From NCBI GenBank assembly GCA_051887955.1, contig JBJFAO010000156.1, forward strand, positions 1-45,644: 45,644 nt of DNA, in the 5' to 3' direction. Source of the DNA: Christensenellales bacterium (GTDB lineage Bacteria; Bacillota; Clostridia; Christensenellales; DTU072). This document shows positions 40,990 through 45,644 of this stretch, in pieces. Positions within the stretch are counted from its first letter, which is position 1. The number at the start of each line of letters is the position of its first letter. The notes beneath the pieces were generated by a model. That model was not told the DNA's origin, made no database searches, and worked only from the letters and a program-made list of their open reading frames with translations. The position numbers and the translations under genes were made by a program.

Positions 40990-41001
40990 TCGTGAAAAAA
41001 C

Positions 41002-41043
41002 ACCAAACGGAGCGTTGCGAGAGCGACGCTCCGTTTGGTTTTG
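41002..41043. terminator. Bidirectional intrinsic terminator between the giant gene (+) and the glycosylase gene (-)
   Basis: ACCAAACGGAGCGT (41002-41015), a 10-nt loop, ACGCTCCGTTTGGT (41026-41039), then TTTTG. An A-run upstream (40995-41000) supplies the U-tract for the opposite strand. Confidence 0.7.
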
Positions 41044-41061
41044 TAAATCAATTAGAATATT

Positions 41062-41526
41062 TTATAAAAACAGCAGAGCTTTTTGCCAGGCGTCGAAAGA
41101 AAAACGCGGATTCGCGGGGCTGGTGGAGGGGAGGCAAATGGAAAGCGGAAGGTATTGCGGGAAAAGGCTTAAATAACGATACGCCGTTTTTCCGTTGGCA
41201 ATTATTCGCTTTATTTTATAGCGGGACAGGAAAGAATCGATATCCGCCACGATTGCGTTTTTTATTGCAATGTCCATAGAACCTTCTATATCGCACTCCG
41301 TCACCATATCCCACAGGGCGATTTTGTTGGCTTTGAGAAGAGCTTTCTTCGAGTCGTTGTCGCAGGGAAGGGGCGCGTCGTAGACCGCGCTCAACACCTT
41401 CCAGAATCGGTTTTGCGGATTACCGTAATAGAAATCGGATTTCCTGCTCATTACGCTCGGGAAACTACCCAAAATAAGTATTTCGCTATCCTCGTTTACG
41501 TACGGGGCAAATCCTGTGCAACGCAT
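41062..41526 (-). CDS. DNA-deoxyinosine (hypoxanthine) glycosylase, UDG superfamily
   Basis: 154 aa. GFAPYVNEDSEILILGSFPSVMSRKSDFYYGNPQNRFW...LPSTSPAN is the characteristic family-6 UDG/HDG pattern. Confidence 0.75.
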   Translation of the reverse strand: MRCTGFAPYVNEDSEILILGSFPSVMSRKSDFYYGNPQNRFWKVLSAVYDAPLPCDNDSKKALLKANKIALWDMVTECDIEGSMDIAIKNAIVADIDSFLSRYKIKRIIANGKTAYRYLSLFPQYLPLSICLPSTSPANPRFSFDAWQKALLFL

Positions 41527-42713
41527 TGGTTTTTGTAAGAATCGAACAGAGCCGCAAAGGCGGCGGCGGATTTTTTAATCATTTCACCGTCTACGCAAAA
41601 GGCAACGCGAACGTAGCCTTTTATTCCGAAGCCGTCGCTCGGAACGAGCAGTAGCCCGTATTTTTTCGCCCTTTCGCTGAAAGCGCAGGCGTCGGCTTCG
41701 GGGGACTTTAGCATAAGATAAAAGGCGCCGTCGGGTTTTACGAAGGAGTATCCTATACCTTCGAGAACGCCGCAGAGAAGATCGCGGTTTTTTTCATAGG
41801 CGCTTATATCGGTTTTTGCGTCGACGCAACGGCTTATGACCGCCTGCATAAGGGAGGGCGCGCATACGTAGCCCATTCCTCTGCTCGCTCCGCATATTGC
41901 GGCGTAAAGACGCCGTTCTTCGGAGCATTTCGGACCGACCGCTATGTAGCCTATTCTTTCTCCCGGCAGACTCAGCGATTTGCTGAAAGAATAGCACACG
42001 ACCGCGTCGTCGTAATAATTCATAATATACGGCACCGTTTTGCCGTCGTACACTATTTCTCTGTAAGGCTCGTCGCAAACGACGATAATTTTTCTGCCGT
42101 ATTTTTCGTTCGCTTTACTAAGGGCTGCGCATATTTTTTTTATGGTCGCTTCGTCGTACACCGCTCCCGACGGATTGACGGGAGAGTTTATAATGACGGC
42201 TCTCGTTTTTTCGGAAAGCTTTTTTTCGAAATCTTCAAAGTCAGGTAAAAAGTTTTCGTCGGGCGCGACGGCTACGGGGATTGCTCCGCCGTTTTTTATA
42301 AACACGTCGTATTCGGGAAAATACGGAGCGAATACCATTACTTCGTCGTCGGCGCGTTCGCAAACGGCTTTCAGAGTTATCGCGACGGACGCCGCAGCTC
42401 CGCAGGTTATGTATATCCCGTCGGGAGATAAGCTTGCGCCGAAGCGACGGTTTATGCTGTCGGATATGGCTTTCCGTGCGGAAAAATCGCCTTGCGCCGA
42501 AGTGTATCCGTGGACGAGAACGGAGGGCTCGTTTCGTATTATTTCCGTTATCGCTTCGTTTACGCAATTCGGAGCGGGGATGCTCGGATTGCCCAAAGAA
42601 AAGTCGAAAAGCGAGTCCGCGCCGTGAATTTTCGCATACTCCTTGCCGTATTCGAACAGCTCTCTTATGACGGATCTCTTGCTTCCGAGCTCGTACGATT
42701 CCGTATTGAACAT
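41496..42713 (-). CDS. Pyridoxal-phosphate-dependent aminotransferase, class I/II (AspC-like)
   Basis: 405 aa. It contains FSLGNPSIPAP, NSPVNPSG, and the PLP-lysine motif YSFSKSLSLPGERIGY. AAGAGG lies 6 nt upstream of the ATG. Confidence 0.9.
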   Translation of the reverse strand: MFNTESYELGSKRSVIRELFEYGKEYAKIHGADSLFDFSLGNPSIPAPNCVNEAITEIIRNEPSVLVHGYTSAQGDFSARKAISDSINRRFGASLSPDGIYITCGAAASVAITLKAVCERADDEVMVFAPYFPEYDVFIKNGGAIPVAVAPDENFLPDFEDFEKKLSEKTRAVIINSPVNPSGAVYDEATIKKICAALSKANEKYGRKIIVVCDEPYREIVYDGKTVPYIMNYYDDAVVCYSFSKSLSLPGERIGYIAVGPKCSEERRLYAAICGASRGMGYVCAPSLMQAVISRCVDAKTDISAYEKNRDLLCGVLEGIGYSFVKPDGAFYLMLKSPEADACAFSERAKKYGLLLVPSDGFGIKGYVRVAFCVDGEMIKKSAAAFAALFDSYKNQCVAQDLPRT

Positions 42714-42745
42714 AATATACCTCTTATAATTATCTTATATAAAAA

Positions 42746-42774
42746 ATGTTAGCATTAAATTTCGGTTTAGTCAA
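42746..42774 (-). promoter_or_regulatory. Putative promoter for the aminotransferase-glycosylase pair
   Basis: The minus strand reads TTGACT (42774-42769), a 17-nt spacer, then TAACAT (42751-42746). Confidence 0.35.
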
Positions 42775-42906
42775 TAAATAGCCGTAGCTCGGGTTGTTTT
42801 CGTCATAAAAAAGCAAAAGCGCAGGAACGGATAAGCCGAGACTTTCGACAAAAACGCAAAAACGCGCATGCGAGAGGGAACAAAAGGATTAAAGAATAAT
42901 AAACAG

Positions 42907-42935
42907 TTGCAAAAAACTCCGTCGTGTGCTAAAAT
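42907..42935 (+). promoter_or_regulatory. Promoter for tRNA-Pro
   Basis: TTGCAA (42907-42912), a 17-nt spacer ending in TGc (extended -10), TAAAAT (42930-42935). It lies 14 nt upstream of the mature tRNA 5' end. Confidence 0.55.
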
Positions 42936-42949
42936 AGCTTACGAAAAAG

Positions 42950-43026
42950 CGAGGAGTAGCGCAGTTTGGTAGCGCGCTTGGTTCGGGACCAAGAGGCCGT
43001 GGGTTCGAATCCCGTCTCCTCGACCA
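42950..43026 (+). tRNA. tRNA-Pro (anticodon CGG), CCA encoded
   Basis: 77 nt. The acceptor stem is CGAGGAG/CTCCTCG and the D stem is GCGC/GCGC with a GG loop. The anticodon stem is CTTGG/CCAAG with loop TTCGGGA (C34 G35 G36, G37). The T arm is GTGGG-TTCGAAT-CCCGT, followed by discriminator A and CCA. Confidence 0.9.
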
Positions 43027-43490
43027 AAAATTAAGGACGCCTACAGGGCGTCTTTTTTTGAATAAAGCAACGTGTAATAATACGGCAGGGATTCGAACGG
43101 GCGGCAAAAGCGACAATCCGGTGAATTGTCGCTCCGCCCCGGCGTGTCGGCGAGCGTAAGCGAGAGTGCGAGCGAATCCCGTCTCCTCGACCAAAAATTA
43201 AGGACGCCGACAGGGCGTCTTTTTTTGGATAAAGTAACGTGCAATAAATACGGCAGGGATTCGAACGGGCGGCAAAAGCGACAATCCGGTGAATTGTCGC
43301 TCCGCCCCGGCGTGTCGGCGAGCGTAAGCGAGAGTGCGAGCGAATCCCGTCTCCTCGACCAAAAATTAAGGACGCCGACAGGGCGTCTTTTTTTGAATAA
43401 AGCAACGTGTAATAATACGGCAAGGACGCCGACAGGGCGTCTTTTTTTGAAAAAATAAATGGAATAAACACGGCAGGGACTCGAACGGGA
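43006..43490 (+). repeat. Tandem 167/168-bp repeat that starts inside the tRNA-Pro T-loop (2 full units, 1 rearranged partial unit, 1 stub)
   Basis: Units start at 43006, 43173 and 43341. Each begins CGAATCCCGTCTCCTCGACCA (the last 21 nt of the tRNA), followed by the terminator hairpin and an A/T-rich spacer. After that comes GGGATTCGAACGGGCGG-CAAA-AGCGACAAT-CCGGTGA-ATTGTCGCT-CCGCCC..., followed by CGAG[CA]G x3. The 113-nt core is identical between units A and B. The spacers differ at about 5 positions. Confidence 0.85.
43033..43059 (+). terminator. Intrinsic terminator after tRNA-Pro (first of four copies)
   Basis: AAGGACGCC, a TACAG loop, GGCGTCTT, then a T7 run. Near-identical copies occur at ~43199-43227, ~43367-43395 and ~43421-43449. 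Confidence 0.7.
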
Positions 43491-43590
43491 TTTTGTTTTA
43501 TTAAATTGTTTTTGAATTAAGTACAAAATCAGGCAAAGGTTTATTTGAATGCGTAGTATGGAATAATACGAACGATTCGGAGGTGGAAGA

Positions 43591-45552
43591 TTGAGTAACA
43601 GGTTGCGATATGAAACGAGTCCGTATTTATTACAGCATGCGAAAAATCCGGTCGATTGGTATCCGTGGGGAGAGGAGGCGTTTGAAAAAGCGAGGAGAGA
43701 GGGGAAGCCTGTTTTTCTCAGCATAGGCTACAGCGTTTGTCATTGGTGTCACGTTATGGCTCGCGAGAGCTTTGAAAACGAAGATATCGCCGAGCTGCTG
43801 AACCGACGTTTCGTTTGTATAAAAGTCGATCGGGAGGAGCGACCGGACGTGGACAAGGTGTATATGGCCGCGTGTCAGGCTATGACGGGCGGGGGCGGTT
43901 GGCCGACAAGCTTGTTTCTTACGCCCGAAGCGGAACCGTTTTTTGCGGGCACGTATTTTCCGCCGAGGGGCAGGGGCGGCGCGATAGGATTTTACGAGCT
44001 TCTTTTGCTTATAGCGGAAAAATGGCGCACGGATAGGGAAGCGCTCGTGGGTTCGGCGAAAAAAATTTCTTCGTATCTTAAGACGAGCCGCGACGTGGGG
44101 ACGCGGAGCGTCGGCGTTGATTTGCCGCGGAAAGCGTTTTCGGAATTCCGACGGTCGTTCGACGAAAAAAACGGAGGTTTCGGGCGAGCTCCGAAATTTC
44201 CGGAACCGCACAATCTGATATTTCTTTTGCTTTACGGCAAACTGAAGAACGAACCGTGCGCCACGCGAATGGCGACTTTTACCCTTTCGCAAATGCAAAA
44301 AGGCGGGATATACGATCACATAGGAGGGGGATTTTCCAGATATTCAACGGATGACGCTTTTTTTGCGCCGCATTTTGAAAAAATGCTGTACGACAACGCG
44401 CTTTTGATAACGGCGTATTCCGTCGCTTATTCCGTGACGAAAGACGATCATTTTCTGACCGTTGCAAAAGACTGCGCCGAATACGTTTTGAGAGAGATGA
44501 CGGATAAAAGCGGCGGTTTTTATTCGGCGCAGGACGCGGATTCGGAGGGGAAAGAAGGGTTGTATTATTTATTCGGATACGACGAAATCACGTCTGTTTT
44601 GGGACGGAATACAGGAGAGCTCTTCAACGACTATTACGGAGTGACGAAAGAGGGAAATTTCGGCGGGAAAAACATTCTCAACCGTCTCGGAGGAGGGGAA
44701 ACTAAGGATTTTTCAAAGGAAATACAAAAATTGTACGATTATCGCAAAAGAAGGGCCGAGTTGCGGCTTGACGATAAAATTCTTACCGCACAAAACGGAC
44801 TTATGGTAGTCGCAATGGCTTGTTTGTTCCGCGTTTGCGGCGAAAGAAAATATCTCGATTGCGCCGTTTCCGCCGTAAAATATATGGAAAGCGAGCTATA
44901 CGACAACGGGCGATTGTTCGTGGGCGTCCGCAAAGGGAAGAGATTCGGCAAAGGTTTTTTCGACGATTACGCTTATTTTTGCCTCGCGCTTATATGTCTT
45001 TACGGAGCTACGGGCGAAAGGGTTTATCTCGAGAGGGCAAAATCGTTGGCGCGAACGGCGCGAGAATTGTTTGCCGACTCCGACGGAGGGTATTACGAAA
45101 GCGGAAAAGAAAACGAAAGGTTGATATTTTCGGCTAAAGAAACTTTCGACGGAGCGTTGCCGTCGGGGAATTCGGCGTTCTATTACGTCCTTGCAAAGCT
45201 CTGCGCGGCGGACGATCAAGGCGAGTGGGAAGAATTGAAAGAAGAACAGGAAAAATTCATGAGTACCGAAGCTTGCGAGCGCCCCTCCGCGTACGGTGCG
45301 TTTATGGCGTCGCTCCTGCTTGCGTCGGAGCCTGCCGTAAAAATCGTGGCTGTATGCGGAGAAGAGGACTCTGACTCCGTGGTTCGCAGTCTTCCCCTGT
45401 TTGCCGATATTGCGGTTTTGCAAAAAGAAACGGAAGGATATAAGCTAATTGACGGCAAAACTACGTTTTACGTTTGCCGCGGAAACGTCTGTCTTCCTCC
45501 CGCTAACGATTTGTCGGAATTGACGGATCCGGTAATCGGAGGAATCGGGTGA
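43591..45552 (+). CDS. yyaL: Thioredoxin-domain protein of the YyaL/DUF255 family (N-terminal Trx-like domain plus (alpha/alpha)6-barrel)
   Basis: 653 aa. [53 protein letters not shown] is the DUF255 hallmark. MLYDNALL and SAQDADSEG motifs follow. The start is TTG, with GGAGG 7 nt upstream. Confidence 0.9.
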   Translation: MSNRLRYETSPYLLQHAKNPVDWYPWGEEAFEKARREGKPVFLSIGYSVCHWCHVMARESFENEDIAELLNRRFVCIKVDREERPDVDKVYMAACQAMTGGGGWPTSLFLTPEAEPFFAGTYFPPRGRGGAIGFYELLLLIAEKWRTDREALVGSAKKISSYLKTSRDVGTRSVGVDLPRKAFSEFRRSFDEKNGGFGRAPKFPEPHNLIFLLLYGKLKNEPCATRMATFTLSQMQKGGIYDHIGGGFSRYSTDDAFFAPHFEKMLYDNALLITAYSVAYSVTKDDHFLTVAKDCAEYVLREMTDKSGGFYSAQDADSEGKEGLYYLFGYDEITSVLGRNTGELFNDYYGVTKEGNFGGKNILNRLGGGETKDFSKEIQKLYDYRKRRAELRLDDKILTAQNGLMVVAMACLFRVCGERKYLDCAVSAVKYMESELYDNGRLFVGVRKGKRFGKGFFDDYAYFCLALICLYGATGERVYLERAKSLARTARELFADSDGGYYESGKENERLIFSAKETFDGALPSGNSAFYYVLAKLCAADDQGEWEELKEEQEKFMSTEACERPSAYGAFMASLLLASEPAVKIVAVCGEEDSDSVVRSLPLFADIAVLQKETEGYKLIDGKTTFYVCRGNVCLPPANDLSELTDPVIGGIG

Positions 45553-45644
45553 TTTTATGGGCGTTAGAGGCTATAAGGCGCGAAACCGCCGACGATTTGC
45601 AAAAAAGCTATGCTCCGTTCCGAATTTATAACGGATAACAGCAG

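Noticed and set aside
40992-41279. A + strand ORF of 95 aa starting directly after the giant gene's stop.
   Set aside because: It starts at a GTG inside the terminator region, runs through the 14-bp terminator stem, and is antisense to the well-supported glycosylase gene. Its composition is Arg/Lys-rich off-frame.
43006-43490. The possibility that the tandem repeat is a CRISPR array.
   Set aside because: The period is 167-168 bp and almost the whole unit is conserved. There are no 25-40 bp direct repeats alternating with unique spacers, and no cas genes are in the window.
42950-43490. The giant gene as cargo of a genomic island integrated at tRNA-Pro.
   Set aside because: The duplicated tRNA 3' ends lie downstream of the tRNA and only 167 bp apart. 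The giant gene is upstream, on the other side of two housekeeping genes. No integrase or transposase is in the window.
43031-43724. ORFs 43031-43471 (-), 43041-43724 (-), 42889-43194 (-) and 43126-43458 (+), all with internally repeated peptides.
   Set aside because: They are read straight through the tRNA, the four terminator hairpins and the 167-bp tandem repeats. The peptide repeats simply mirror the DNA repeat, and no start-site signals are present.
45610-45644. A possible start of a further + strand gene (ATG at 45610, MLRSEFITDNS...) at the right edge.
   Set aside because: Only 11 codons are visible, there is no convincing SD, and nothing is recognisable. This is too little evidence to call.

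Overview
The window looks like a bacterial chromosome, probably from a Bacillota-like anaerobe. This is an inference from GGAGG-type Shine-Dalgarno sites, GTG/TTG starts, TTGACA-17-TATAAT promoters, a CCA-encoding tRNA and the fhs/feoAB gene content. I cannot assign a taxon without a search. About 76% of the window is one uninterrupted ORF of 34,788 nt (6202-40989, + strand). It encodes an 11,595-aa predicted lipoprotein with its own consensus promoter and a strong terminator. Ordinary housekeeping genes flank it. On the left are greA (partial), a Sir2-family deacylase, fhs, feoB/feoA and a TtcA-family PP-loop ATPase. On the right are a hypoxanthine/deoxyinosine DNA glycosylase, a class I/II aminotransferase, tRNA-Pro(CGG) and a YyaL/DUF255 thioredoxin-domain protein. 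The giant protein is the candidate novel system. By eye it has no near-identical tandem repeats and no RTX, LPxTG, SLH or NRPS/PKS signatures. Reading the translation shows a hidden architecture. A very divergent two-motif module recurs 13-14 times, interrupted by long acidic, Tyr-rich helical inserts that carry a recurrent A-W-x-x-[LWY]-Y motif. It is followed by a carboxypeptidase-regulatory-like beta-sandwich cluster. Next comes a single glycine-zipper hydrophobic segment, about 8,400 residues from the lipid-anchored N-terminus. The last ~2,800 aa form an array of degenerate Ig-like (Big_4-like) LP...V.W modules. A second oddity lies next to tRNA-Pro. A 167/168-bp unit starts inside the tRNA T-loop. 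It carries the last 21 nt of the tRNA, its terminator and a strong structured hairpin, and it is repeated in tandem about 2.5-3 times. I saw no transposase, integrase, CRISPR array or secretion-system genes.
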